From a virus, in IMG/VR virus record IMGVR_UViG_3300027763_000050, positions 14,368 through 78,367 of that record: a stretch of 64,000 bases of DNA; one strand, 5' to 3'. The position numbers and the translations under genes are program-made. Positions within the stretch are counted from its first letter, which is position 1. Each line of letters begins with the position of its first letter. Positions 28,845-37,657 of this stretch are shown piece by piece. The notes under the pieces are model-generated. The model did not search any database, was not told where the DNA came from, and saw nothing but the letters and a program-made list of their open reading frames with translations.

Positions 28845-28880
28845 AAGAAAAAAACCCCGCCCAGAAAACTCCGAGCGGGG
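28845..28880 (-). terminator. intrinsic terminator
   Basis: CCCCGCTCGGA-GTTT-TCTGGGCGGGG followed by TTTTTTT. Confidence 0.75.
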
Positions 28881-28886
28881 CATGGA

Positions 28887-29105
28887 TCAGACGGGCTCGA
28901 GCATGAACTCGCGCATGAAGTCTTCCTCGCGGTCGGCAAGGAAATCAAGGAGGTCAGCCTTAGTGAACTCGTCTTCCTCGATCACCATCGGTAAGAATCC
29001 GAATTGGGACTCGAGCTGAAAGCCAACCTCGCCAATGAATGCGGGGCTGCCTTCGTAAAAAACTTCCTGACCATTGGGCCAGGCGGTAAGACGGAGAAAT
29101 GTCAT
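28887..29105 (-). CDS. small acidic early protein
   Basis: ATGA overlap with the upstream ORF. Confidence 0.55.
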   Translation of the reverse strand: MTFLRLTAWPNGQEVFYEGSPAFIGEVGFQLESQFGFLPMVIEEDEFTKADLLDFLADREEDFMREFMLEPV

Positions 29106-29248
29106 CGTGCTACTCCACCGAAGCGTGTGGTGAAGTAGTCGTTGCTGAAGGAGCGGCCTCTTTGCTGCGTAGAGACATAGCTCTCGGTCAGCATGGGACG
29201 TGGGCGGCGGCGTGCGCGGTCAATGTGAGCTGCTTGCAGGAGCGTCAT
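29102..29248 (-). CDS. small early protein (cassette 1)
   Basis: Start MTLLQAA, 20 nt downstream of the element at 29269. Confidence 0.55.
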   Translation of the reverse strand: MTLLQAAHIDRARRRPRPMLTESYVSTQQRGRSFSNDYFTTRFGGVAR

Positions 29249-29346
29249 GGTCAAAGGAAATAAAGAACTGCACTGTTGAAAGAGTGCAAAGAAAAACCCT
29301 CCACCCCTGGGCCAGAGGAGTGGAGGGAGATTGCGGCTAGTTGGGA

Positions 29347-29787
29347 TCAGGCTTCTGGCTCGGCGACAGGGGCGGTGCGTTCCAGCGGTGAAAGCGAAGT
29401 AAGCACCCACTCGGAACAGCGGCGACCGTCTTGGGTGTGATAGGTGGACTCGAACGCGGTGATGGCGAGGAGAAACTCACCGGCTGCGTGAAGTTCAGCG
29501 AGCTTGGTGGCAAGGGGGCCGTTGCCGTTGTCATAGGCGACGAGGTTCTTGGCTTGCCCGTAGGTGCGGCTGCCATCTCGCTGGCGCTGTCCTTTCTGGG
29601 CGGAAACCTTGGTGAAGGTTTTGCCAGTCGGGGTTTGGCCGGTGAAAATCTCGCGTTGAATCCAGAGGACCTGGCAGAGTTCGTCTCTGCGTTCTTCGGC
29701 AGGGGCAGTAGGCGCGGGTGTTGCAGCGAGCGCGGCTTCGAGTTCGATAACGCGCTGCTGGAGATCGGCTTTGGTCATGAGAGCCAT
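29347..29787 (-). CDS. divergent SSB-like OB-fold protein (cassette 2)
   Basis: QTPTGKTF..VS...RDG...NLVAYD...LAxxLAE...G...Y..QDGRR pattern loosely follows SSB. Confidence 0.45.
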   Translation of the reverse strand: MALMTKADLQQRVIELEAALAATPAPTAPAEERRDELCQVLWIQREIFTGQTPTGKTFTKVSAQKGQRQRDGSRTYGQAKNLVAYDNGNGPLATKLAELHAAGEFLLAITAFESTYHTQDGRRCSEWVLTSLSPLERTAPVAEPEA

Positions 29788-29896
29788 GGAAGAACCGGGT
29801 GATGTGCCCGGGGGAAAGGGAAATTGCACTGTTGAAAAAGTGCGTAAAAAGCCCCACGTCTGGGGCCGAGGAATTAGACAGCTGCAGGCGAAGGAG

Positions 29897-30250
29897 TCAG
29901 AAGGGGCGGCCGTCGAGGTAGTAGATAAAGGCGCTCGGTTTCATGCGCCCCTGCATGAGGAGATCAGCGTTGCGGCGGGTACTCGCGAGATGGTCAACAA
30001 AGGGCTCGCGAATGGAGAGATAGCGAGCGGTGATGTCGTTGGCGGCAAGGGTTATGTATTCATCGCGGTTGGAGACGAGGTCCGTGATGAAATTGTTAGC
30101 GGCGTGAATGATCTTGCCGAGGATGTATCCGGCCACATAGAGGGCAGTTATAGCGGTGACCAGGTAGCGGGCAATGGTCTTGATAGCTGGTCCCCAGTCG
30201 GCTTTGGCGATCGAGGTTGCTTTGGCGGCGATGGCGTTGAAGTTTGGCAT
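29897..30250 (-). CDS. membrane-associated early protein (cassette 3)
   Basis: Start MPNFNAI; one hydrophobic segment. Confidence 0.6.
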   Translation of the reverse strand: MPNFNAIAAKATSIAKADWGPAIKTIARYLVTAITALYVAGYILGKIIHAANNFITDLVSNRDEYITLAANDITARYLSIREPFVDHLASTRRNADLLMQGRMKPSAFIYYLDGRPF

Positions 30251-30352
30251 TGGCGGTAGTTGGGTGGTGTACCCAGGGGAAAGGGATTGCACTGTTGAAG
30301 AAGTGCAAAAGAAAATCCCCTCACCCCGGCGTGGAGTGAAGGGATGATGCGG

Positions 30353-30544
30353 TCACAAAACCATTTCAATCGAAGATTCCATCATCTCAGCAAAGCTAAG
30401 AATCTGAATTCCAACGGTACCTTGGACTCCATTATTCAATTCAGGAGAATTGTGCATAAAGTCAAGCTGTGCGGCTTCTACTAATGCTTCTTCTTTGCAT
30501 TCGCACAAACAAGCCTGTTGTCCGTTAGCAATTACAAAGTACAC
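30353..30544 (-). CDS. small early protein (cassette 4)
   Basis: GTG start VYFVIANG; stop lies just before the next element. Confidence 0.5.
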   Translation of the reverse strand: MYFVIANGQQACLCECKEEALVEAAQLDFMHNSPELNNGVQGTVGIQILSFAEMMESSIEMVL

Positions 30545-30651
30545 GTTAATGCTCCGTTGTGCGGTACCTATCTCCGCTGGGGTATTGCACTGTTGAAGAA
30601 GTGCAAAAGAAAATCCCCTCACCCCGGCGTGGAGTGAAGGGATGATGCGGG

Positions 30652-30783
30652 TCAAAGCATGCGAGCGCGGGTGCCGCATGTGGCGTAGAAGGCAATCATG
30701 TTCTGCGCCTCCGCAAGGGTGTTGAAGGACTGAGTCCTCCAGGCGCCGTTGCTGTAGGGCGGTTGAAAGGTGATCTTGAACAT
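30652..30783 (-). CDS. 43-aa cyanophage-type early protein (cassette 5)
   Basis: Not in ORF track. MFKITFQPPYSNGAWRTQSFNTLAEAQNMIAFYATCGTRARML; ATG abuts the element. Confidence 0.75.
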   Translation of the reverse strand: MFKITFQPPYSNGAWRTQSFNTLAEAQNMIAFYATCGTRARML

Positions 30784-30857
30784 TGCACTGTTGAAGAAGT
30801 ACAAAAGAAAATCCCCTCACCCCGGCGTGGAGTGAAGGGACTCAGGAGCGGGGTAGA

Positions 30858-31040
30858 TCAGTAGCGGTAGCCGTAGGATTTGCAGAACTCGATATGAGCC
30901 TGGTGCTTGTCTGCGGGCCAGTCGTGGTGGGCACATTGGGCAGCGGTGGCGGAATCGAGAGCTTTGACGCCTGCATTTGCGACGGCGGATACCGCTGCTG
31001 CTAGTGCCAGGGAGATCGCAGCGAAAAGGAGCTTGGACAT
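30858..31040 (-). CDS. small secreted/membrane early protein (cassette 6)
   Basis: Signal-like N-terminus; CxxHDWP...HxxFC. Confidence 0.7.
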   Translation of the reverse strand: MSKLLFAAISLALAAAVSAVANAGVKALDSATAAQCAHHDWPADKHQAHIEFCKSYGYRY

Positions 31041-31115
31041 TTGCACTGTTGAAGAAGTACAAAAGAAAATCCCTCCACCCCGGGAAGGAGTGAAGGGACG
31101 GTGCTGTTAGCCAGG

Positions 31116-31286
31116 TCAGCCCGGTGTCCCAGGCAGCCATTCGGGGTAGCTGGCGTCCCCGGCAAGGTAATCAAGGAAGCGGCAGTACCGATCCATGCCT
31201 TCGTCTTCCGTCTCCGCCTTGGCCCAAAGTTCCTCGAGTGCTGCCCAGTCGGGCTCGTCGATGAATTGGCTGTTTGAACTGGACAT
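31116..31286 (-). CDS. small acidic early protein (cassette 7)
   Basis: MSSSNSQF...; ATG abuts the element. Confidence 0.65.
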   Translation of the reverse strand: MSSSNSQFIDEPDWAALEELWAKAETEDEGMDRYCRFLDYLAGDASYPEWLPGTPG

Positions 31287-31358
31287 TGCACTGTTGAAAA
31301 AGTACAAAAGAAAATCCCCTCACCCGGCGTGGAGTGAAGGGATGGTGTGGCGTGGAAT

Positions 31359-31532
31359 TTAGACGCGGTAATGGGGGAGGTTGGTGTCGTTTGCCGCCGC
31401 CGCCTGGAGTTGTGCTTCTGCTGTGTGTATTAAGTGCATGAGTAAATCCATGCGCTCGTGAAGTTCAGCGAGCTCTTGATGGTAGTGCTCAATGTTGAAA
31501 CGGAGACAATCAGCGCTGGAAAGAACGAGCAT
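31359..31532 (-). CDS. 57-aa coiled-coil early protein (cassette 8, first gene of the leftward arm)
   Basis: Not in ORF track. MLVLSSADCLRFNIEHYHQELAELHERMDLLMHLIHTAEAQLQAAAANDTNLPHYRV; ATG abuts the element. Confidence 0.65.
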   Translation of the reverse strand: MLVLSSADCLRFNIEHYHQELAELHERMDLLMHLIHTAEAQLQAAAANDTNLPHYRV

Positions 31533-31667
31533 TGCACTGTTGAAAAAGTACAGAGCTAAGATTTAACTTACCGGCGCGGCGCGTAGATCATCAATGTGCA
31601 GAGGATATGCAGAGGAAACCTACACAAATAGGACGCAATCGGAGGGGCAGAGTTGTAAATGGGGGTC

Positions 31668-31676
31668 ATTATAGCA
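31668..31676 (-). promoter_or_regulatory. extended -10 sigma70 promoter for the leftward early arm
   Basis: Minus strand TGcTATAAT, ~135 nt upstream of the first early ATG; no clear -35. Confidence 0.6.
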
Positions 31677-32098
31677 CATCTCGAAAAGTTTTACGCGGCG
31701 AGCGTCGCGCCCGCGAGAATAATTAATGATAGCGGCGGAGCAAAAGTATAGGTTCTTAATTAACAACAACCGTGTTATTACTATATAACACTAACTCAGA
31801 CTGAAAACGTGATTTTCCGTCGATTCTACGTGCGCGATAGGATCCATAGCACCTTTGCGTATTCTGATCTATTGAATTACGCGATACGAATTCAGATCAG
31901 ACATATGTACGCAGTAGCCTACATTTAACTCGCGTATTCTTTCGCATACCTGCTACAACGCAGCACTTCACATGCTACGCGCGCGGCTTCCTAAGCACCC
32001 TTAAGCACTAGCAACAGCACATACGCAGTCTTAAGCATCCCCTGCTCTTGTGCCCCTCTCTCCTGTGCAGGGCAGTCTTCTCATGCTTTCGTACGTTC

Positions 32099-32196
32099 CC
32101 TCTCATCAGCGCGGGGCAGGTGACTCACTCGCTCCTCAACTGCTCAGGGCATGCTTCCTTCGCTCTCTCATACGCCTCTCATCAGCGCGGGGCAGG
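32099..32196. repeat. 22-bp direct repeat in the central non-coding region
   Basis: CCTCTCATCAGCGCGGGGCAGG at 32099-32120 and 32175-32196. Confidence 0.85.
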
Positions 32197-32469
32197 GGTC
32201 TGTGCTACAGAGCCTCTCGCGTTCTCAGGCGCACTCGCACTCCTCGCTATGACAGGGGCGGTGCGTACCTTTTTTTTGTCTGGCAACCATCGGAACTTGA
32301 CGGGGGTGTTTGATGTATTTCGCGCCGCCAAAAGTAAAAACGCCTTTCTATAGAGCCGCGCCACCGGGTACGAAATTGCGTATTTTTTGTACCCTATTTC
32401 AAAACACCTAGATACCGCCAGGTGTTTCGTTCTTTCTAAATTAGAGAAACGGAATAAATTTTCAAAAAA

Positions 32470-34758
32470 ATGGAGTCGCGGGAAAGTAAGCTCGGACGTC
32501 GCCTATCTCGCGAAGAATTCGAAGCATTACAGGCAGCTAAACAACAAGTTCAAGGCGCTCAATCCGCAATCGGTGGTATCGGTCAAATGCGCCCCGGCCT
32601 TGGCTTGCTGCCTCCCGCTGGCGAGCGTCGCTCAGAGTTAAGCGTCGCGGGTCTGCCGCCCCCGGGAACTTCGACTGAAAGCATCGATGGATATATCAAA
32701 GGTATGTACCCAGGTAGAGGAGAAGAAACGATTGCGCGACTAAGGGAGAGGGTTCCTTCCCGGAAGAAAGATGACGAACCTATAAGCGCAACAGACGTCA
32801 TGATGCAGGTAAGGACAATCCCTGGCGCTTCCATCTATGACCAAGGAAAAGACGTAAGCGGTTTTGTGCCAAGGCTTGAGCGAGCTGTCCAAGAGAACGC
32901 CGAAGGAAAGCAAGAACGAATGGAGGCAAGGCAGCGAGAATTGTCCGATCAACTTGCGGCCGAAGTTGCAGCCAATCCCGAGCTCGCTGAATTTCTTGGC
33001 CAAAAAAACGGCATGTTCACTCTGGACAGGGAAACCGGCACTGCTGACCTGTCGCGATCCAATAACGACAAATACGGCGAATTTGCTTCCGAAGACCCAA
33101 GCGGATACAAGTATTCCTACCGCGGCGGCTCAGCTCCTTCTGAGTTGAACCCGTACGGCGGGATAGAAGTAACCGGCACAAACCGTCGCGATGTAAGGAT
33201 TTACCCGGGCGATCCTGTGCTGACCCGTACAGGAGATCAAGATGACACGGCCTCCTTCCGGCGAGAGGAAGAGGTAACGCTTGGGAAACTAGCGCAAGAG
33301 CTTTCGAATGAATACAAGACTGAATCAATTACCCGTGGGGGATTGGTAAGGCTTCGGGATAAGGGCCTATTTAATCCGCTGCCAGTGGCACAGCGGGATC
33401 GGTCGTTGGTGGGCCATATCAGCCGGCTAGAGAGAGCTTCCAACCTCTCTGAAGACCAAGTCAGCCTGCTTGGACTAGACCCAAACATGCGGGTATTGAA
33501 TCCAAACTCCATGGTTCGGGTGCCTGTCCCTGTTTTTGCCGTAACAAGGGTTGATCAAAATACTGGTGAAAGGGTGCCGGTTATTCAGCAAGAGACCGGT
33601 GAACCCTTATATAGAGTCGGCGAGCCTGTTAACCGAGATCTGGACGCAATTCGCGACGAGCTACGTCCTTTTGTCCCCTCCGCTGCAGGGCAATTCAGTC
33701 AAGATGAGGTTCTGCGCCGTGGGTCAGAAAGTGCGGACCGTGAAAACGCTGCAAACGAACAGGCTCGGCAAAATAAACGGGCGGCGCTGCGAGGAAGAGC
33801 TGCTGAACAAGGCGGTACCGGCAGCTTCCAAGACCTCCTAAAGGAGATTGTGGCCGGTGGTTTCATGGAGTCCGCCCCTGTCATATCTCCCGAGGCGGTA
33901 GATCGCCGTATCGCAAAGCTCAAGGCAGGTCTTATCGCTAGGGCTGGAGAGGCTGGACCCATGATCTCGCAGGAACTTGGCGAAAATCGGACCCTAGATG
34001 AGCTGATTCGAGCAAGTTCCGCTCCACGGGGCCGCGAGGTGGACCTGTTCAGCGAAGAACCAATCGATGAAGCCCTGCTCCGAGCTCATAATCCACTGGA
34101 AGCGGACGAACAGCTCGGCGCCGAAATCCAGGGCTTGACCGCTAGAGGCTCCGGATTGGATACCTCGGAAGAAAATATGGCCAATTGGGCAGATATTGAC
34201 TACTCACCAGAGAGCCGCGGTTACCAGATCGAGCAATTCGACCGTGACCCAGCCCGCCAGCCATGGAGGGAAACCTTTGTTGACCCCATTACCGGTAATC
34301 CTTACCCCAATCCACTGAAAAACCGCATTAACGCCCTTGAAGAGACAGCGCAAAAGCTGAATCCCCTTGCTGACGCCGCTCAAGTCGACTTGATGACCAA
34401 GGCAATGGAGCAGGAAATGGCTTACCGGCAGCGGATTGGCGCTCCCCGCTCCCAGGAGTCCATGGCCGACGCACGCACCACCGCACAGTCAGCGCTCAAT
34501 GCCCCCGCGAGCGCCTCTGTGGCCCCCCAGGAAGTTGGTCAAGAGCTGTTCGCCCGCCCAGTTCGCACCTGGACCCCACCCAGGGAGCCCGATCAACTGC
34601 TGGCTGACTCAATTCGCTCTAAATACCAAAGGACTGTCCCAGGAATGCGCGAGTTCTCCTACACAGGCCTTGCTGACGCACTTGGGGGAGAGGTCGGCGA
34701 CCCCCAACAGGAAGCAGCCATGAAGTTTTTAGCTGAGCGCATCGCTCGGAGGCGCTGA
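32470..34758 (+). CDS. large hypothetical protein, possible internal virion protein
   Basis: 762-aa charged ORF, first gene of the rightward arm; no motif recognised. Confidence 0.7.
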   Translation: MESRESKLGRRLSREEFEALQAAKQQVQGAQSAIGGIGQMRPGLGLLPPAGERRSELSVAGLPPPGTSTESIDGYIKGMYPGRGEETIARLRERVPSRKKDDEPISATDVMMQVRTIPGASIYDQGKDVSGFVPRLERAVQENAEGKQERMEARQRELSDQLAAEVAANPELAEFLGQKNGMFTLDRETGTADLSRSNNDKYGEFASEDPSGYKYSYRGGSAPSELNPYGGIEVTGTNRRDVRIYPGDPVLTRTGDQDDTASFRREEEVTLGKLAQELSNEYKTESITRGGLVRLRDKGLFNPLPVAQRDRSLVGHISRLERASNLSEDQVSLLGLDPNMRVLNPNSMVRVPVPVFAVTRVDQNTGERVPVIQQETGEPLYRVGEPVNRDLDAIRDELRPFVPSAAGQFSQDEVLRRGSESADRENAANEQARQNKRAALRGRAAEQGGTGSFQDLLKEIVAGGFMESAPVISPEAVDRRIAKLKAGLIARAGEAGPMISQELGENRTLDELIRASSAPRGREVDLFSEEPIDEALLRAHNPLEADEQLGAEIQGLTARGSGLDTSEENMANWADIDYSPESRGYQIEQFDRDPARQPWRETFVDPITGNPYPNPLKNRINALEETAQKLNPLADAAQVDLMTKAMEQEMAYRQRIGAPRSQESMADARTTAQSALNAPASASVAPQEVGQELFARPVRTWTPPREPDQLLADSIRSKYQRTVPGMREFSYTGLADALGGEVGDPQQEAAMKFLAERIARRR

Positions 34759-34760
34759 TC

Positions 34761-35006
34761 ATGGCGGATGAACAGGAAAAACGGGGGAAAGCCAAGGATT
34801 TGGCTAACTCTTTTAAGCGAATGAGCAAACCTGCCAGCCAAGGCGGTACCGGGGGCACCTTCTCCGCCGCTGCCACCAAGGCCGGATACCCTGACACCCC
34901 GAAAGGGCGCTCTCAGTTTGCAGAAGCCGTGCTTAAAGAGAAAGATAAGTACAGCGAAAAGATGGTCAAGAAAGCCAACTTCTATAAGAACGTCATCAGT
35001 AAATAA
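34761..35006 (+). CDS. small basic protein
   Basis: GTFSAAATKAG...FAEAVL...KKANFYKN. Confidence 0.65.
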   Translation: MADEQEKRGKAKDLANSFKRMSKPASQGGTGGTFSAAATKAGYPDTPKGRSQFAEAVLKEKDKYSEKMVKKANFYKNVISK

Positions 35007-35041
35007 TTCGCTAGAATAAGCGCACGGCTGGGATTACGTAA

Positions 35042-35320
35042 GTGGCTGGCGGGCGCGTACAAGATACCACTAGGCCCTCGCTGAATCAGTCGATCCGGCA
35101 GGCCCTGCAGAATAAGCGCGAACGAGCAGAAGTACCTGTTGTTTTTGGCATGGAAAAAGGCTCACCCCAGAGATTTGCGGGTGAAGAACTTAAAGTTGCC
35201 GGCATGAATGGACAGTTTGGCGCTAAAACTGAAGATCCCGCCTCGCAGCCATACTTCAAGAAGTTCGTATCTCGCTATGTTGCGGGAGAAGGTCTACTTA
35301 ACGGTAACGGGGCAGCGTAA
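35042..35320 (+). CDS. hypothetical protein
   Basis: TAGAAT at 35012; coupled to the next gene. Confidence 0.55.
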   Translation: MAGGRVQDTTRPSLNQSIRQALQNKRERAEVPVVFGMEKGSPQRFAGEELKVAGMNGQFGAKTEDPASQPYFKKFVSRYVAGEGLLNGNGAA

Positions 35321-35853
35321 TGAGATTCTCTGGTGAAAAAGTTCTCGGCCTGTTAAGTAAGATTGCGACCGGTGGCCGAGCGATGAGCAAGGGAGAAGCA
35401 GCCCTTGAGTTCGGGCCAGATATTGTCATGGCGGCGCTTACCGCTGCGACCTTGCCCGAGGGCGTGGATCCAATGCTGCGAGCAGGGGCTGGGGCCGAGG
35501 ATTTAGCGTACGGTCTGGGCGGCTCATTGGCCGGTCGATTCCTCGGTAGGCGGGGGGCTGCTCTATTTAGGCCGGGTGACGACATGGCGGCCAGGGGCAT
35601 AGAGCAGGTTGGCGGGATGCTGGGCGGTATTGTCCCAAGCATGATGGCGCCTCGACCCATACTGAACCAAGCAATTGAGCAGGCCTACAGCAGGCAAGGG
35701 CAAAGGGAAACGGCTAAGAAGAATGAGCAGCAGGGGGAGAGCAATGAAGCGCTGGCGGATGCTCTTTTAAGGCTTGGCTACGTAAGCGCCTCTGGTGATG
35801 TGGGAGTTTCACCGGAAGTTATCGCTCGAGGTGGTATTGGGACTATCGTCTGA
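35320..35853 (+). CDS. Gly/Ala-rich putative internal virion/ejection protein
   Basis: Gly-zipper helices; overlapping stop/start. Confidence 0.55.
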   Translation: MRFSGEKVLGLLSKIATGGRAMSKGEAALEFGPDIVMAALTAATLPEGVDPMLRAGAGAEDLAYGLGGSLAGRFLGRRGAALFRPGDDMAARGIEQVGGMLGGIVPSMMAPRPILNQAIEQAYSRQGQRETAKKNEQQGESNEALADALLRLGYVSASGDVGVSPEVIARGGIGTIV

Positions 35854-37208
35854 TGGCGAACGATTTCCGGGGAATAAGGCGGGCGTTTTTAGGCGGGATC
35901 AACGCTGATCCAGGCGCTTACGGCAAATGGGAACAGAAAGAGCAGACCTTAGCCGGTAATGATTACGAGCCGAGCCCGAGTGAGTACATGCTCGGACGTT
36001 CGCCAATAGTTGACTATGTCCGCAGGCTGCTACCCGGCAGAGTTTCAGACGTTAAGCCAGTAGTAGAAAGCTGGGGATTGCGCTCACCTGCAATGCCAGG
36101 TTTTATATCCAACTTGCCACTGGGCGGATATTCTGGCAAAGAAAAACAAAGCTACCTAGAGGCGCGTGACAACGACAAATTACTAAAGGAAAGCACGATT
36201 CGCCCGGGCTTCATGCCAACCGGCGAGTTTGGCGAAGAAGAAAAGATTAACCTCTTAAAAGACAAGACATCCCCCCCGGGACCGTCGATACTCCCTGGCA
36301 ACAAGGAGATAGACGTAGACGGAGCAACTCAGGCAGCAGCACAGGCCGCGGGTGTGGCGGCAAGTGATTTTGTTGGCGATGGTGCTCGAAATATTTGGTG
36401 GTTCCTTAACGCGCCACAAGCAATTGCCCAGGTCGCCACTTTTGCGGGCCTGCATGGGGCGGGCAAGGGAGTTGCGCCGGATGAGTATGGACCAATTCTC
36501 AAGCGCGGTGGGCATCGTTTCGCTGCTGCACTGCCGGCAACGATTGCGGTCTCGTTTGGTATCGGTAGTGCCATGCGTCAACCGGGTTACGGAGCCGCGG
36601 TGCCGGACGAGGATTTGCGAACCAAGGCAGCGGACCCTGTTACTGAATTGGGCGCAAGATACTTCTTGGGTAGAAGTGGCAATTTGCTGCCCTATGAGCA
36701 ATTTAAGTTAGAGCGCCCTGACGTATCGGAAGAGGAGTATCAGGAGTACAAGCGCTTCCTTCACGGCAACAAGTCACCATTAAAGGCGACGCTCGAGGGG
36801 ATCAACGGCCCAGAGGTGAATTTCATGGGCAAGAGCGTTCCGGTTGTGACAACGATCCTACCCGTAATAGCGTCAATTGTTGGCAGTCGTTACGGGGCAA
36901 GAAAGGCCGCAGAAAGACTTGCCAATGGCAGCGAGGGAAATCAATTTGTTAAGTCTATGCTTGTCAGGGAAGAGGTAAAAGAAATTGAGCGTGACCTAGA
37001 AAGGGACAAGCCGGAGTACACCAGGGAAGATTTAGTAGCAGCGCAGGCGGAGTCACTTGGATTGCACCGCGACATACAAAATGAAGTCCTAAAAAGCGCT
37101 TTGACTTACGGTTCTGGCTCTCTTGTTACTACGGCCGTATTAGGATCGGCACTAGAAGAAGTCCGCCGTTCAATCGGCCCAATGGCTGAACTGGAGCCCA
37201 AGAAATGA
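35853..37208 (+). CDS. putative internal virion protein with hydrophobic helices
   Basis: 451 aa, tiled operon, several amphipathic/TM-like segments. Confidence 0.6.
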   Translation: MANDFRGIRRAFLGGINADPGAYGKWEQKEQTLAGNDYEPSPSEYMLGRSPIVDYVRRLLPGRVSDVKPVVESWGLRSPAMPGFISNLPLGGYSGKEKQSYLEARDNDKLLKESTIRPGFMPTGEFGEEEKINLLKDKTSPPGPSILPGNKEIDVDGATQAAAQAAGVAASDFVGDGARNIWWFLNAPQAIAQVATFAGLHGAGKGVAPDEYGPILKRGGHRFAAALPATIAVSFGIGSAMRQPGYGAAVPDEDLRTKAADPVTELGARYFLGRSGNLLPYEQFKLERPDVSEEEYQEYKRFLHGNKSPLKATLEGINGPEVNFMGKSVPVVTTILPVIASIVGSRYGARKAAERLANGSEGNQFVKSMLVREEVKEIERDLERDKPEYTREDLVAAQAESLGLHRDIQNEVLKSALTYGSGSLVTTAVLGSALEEVRRSIGPMAELEPKK

Positions 37209-37648
37209 GATTTAGAGCAAGCGAACAAGCAAGTAATTTTCTGCATAACCTGGGGACAGACACCAGCAGCGAGGCGGATCTCGCCGGAGCAGGGTTATCT
37301 GCATTTGGGACAAGCAGGGCAAGGCATCTAAGTGATCTGGCAGCTGCACAGGCACGGGATACTGCTGCGCCTTTGGAGGCATACGGAAAAATTTTGCGGG
37401 CCCAAAACACGCCACAAGGATCCTCAAGCAGCAGCGGTGCAAATACCGGCAAACTGGTCTCGGCCGGCGCTGACTTGATCAAGGGTATTGGTGGTTTACT
37501 TGGCGGCGGTGGAGGCGGAGGTGTTTCGTCCTGGGGGCTATCGGGTCCCAGTGGCGCAGTGAGCTACGGCGGCGGTGCTGGCGAGGCATTGTCTGATTGG
37601 AAAATTGGCTCAACCGATTGGTCGGGCATTGGTAGCGGTTGGGGCTAG
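37205..37648 (+). CDS. Gly/Ser-rich putative pilot/ejection protein
   Basis: Composition and context. Confidence 0.5.
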   Translation: MRFRASEQASNFLHNLGTDTSSEADLAGAGLSAFGTSRARHLSDLAAAQARDTAAPLEAYGKILRAQNTPQGSSSSSGANTGKLVSAGADLIKGIGGLLGGGGGGGVSSWGLSGPSGAVSYGGGAGEALSDWKIGSTDWSGIGSGWG

Positions 37649-37657
37649 GAGAAAGAA

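Larger units (their letters stand above)
29269..31552 (-). repeat. array of 8 dispersed repeats (full copies ~57 bp), one before each small early gene
   Basis: Copies begin on the + strand (TGCACTGTTGAA) at 29269, 29825, 30288, 30586, 30784, 31042, 31287 and 31533. Copies at 30288 and 30586 are identical over more than 60 bp. The 31533 copy has only the second hairpin. Confidence 0.95.

Noticed and set aside
30545-30820. Upstream part of the 155-aa track ORF 30353-30820 and similar ORFs containing FSFALLQQC or FFNSA
   Set aside because: These are read-throughs of the repeated DNA element, not protein repeats.
29269-31552. CRISPR array
   Set aside because: Inter-repeat segments are ~140-500 bp, variable in length, and each holds an intact ORF. 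No cas genes are present. The GTTGAAR resemblance to CRISPR repeat ends is too short to count.
29269-31552. Classical integron attC array
   Set aside because: No tyrosine integrase in the window, and the element is not bounded by RYYYAAC...GTTRRRY; only a partial GTTRRR match is present.
32048-32641. Short track ORFs in the central hinge
   Set aside because: Low-complexity products from a skewed, repeat-containing region with no coding signals.
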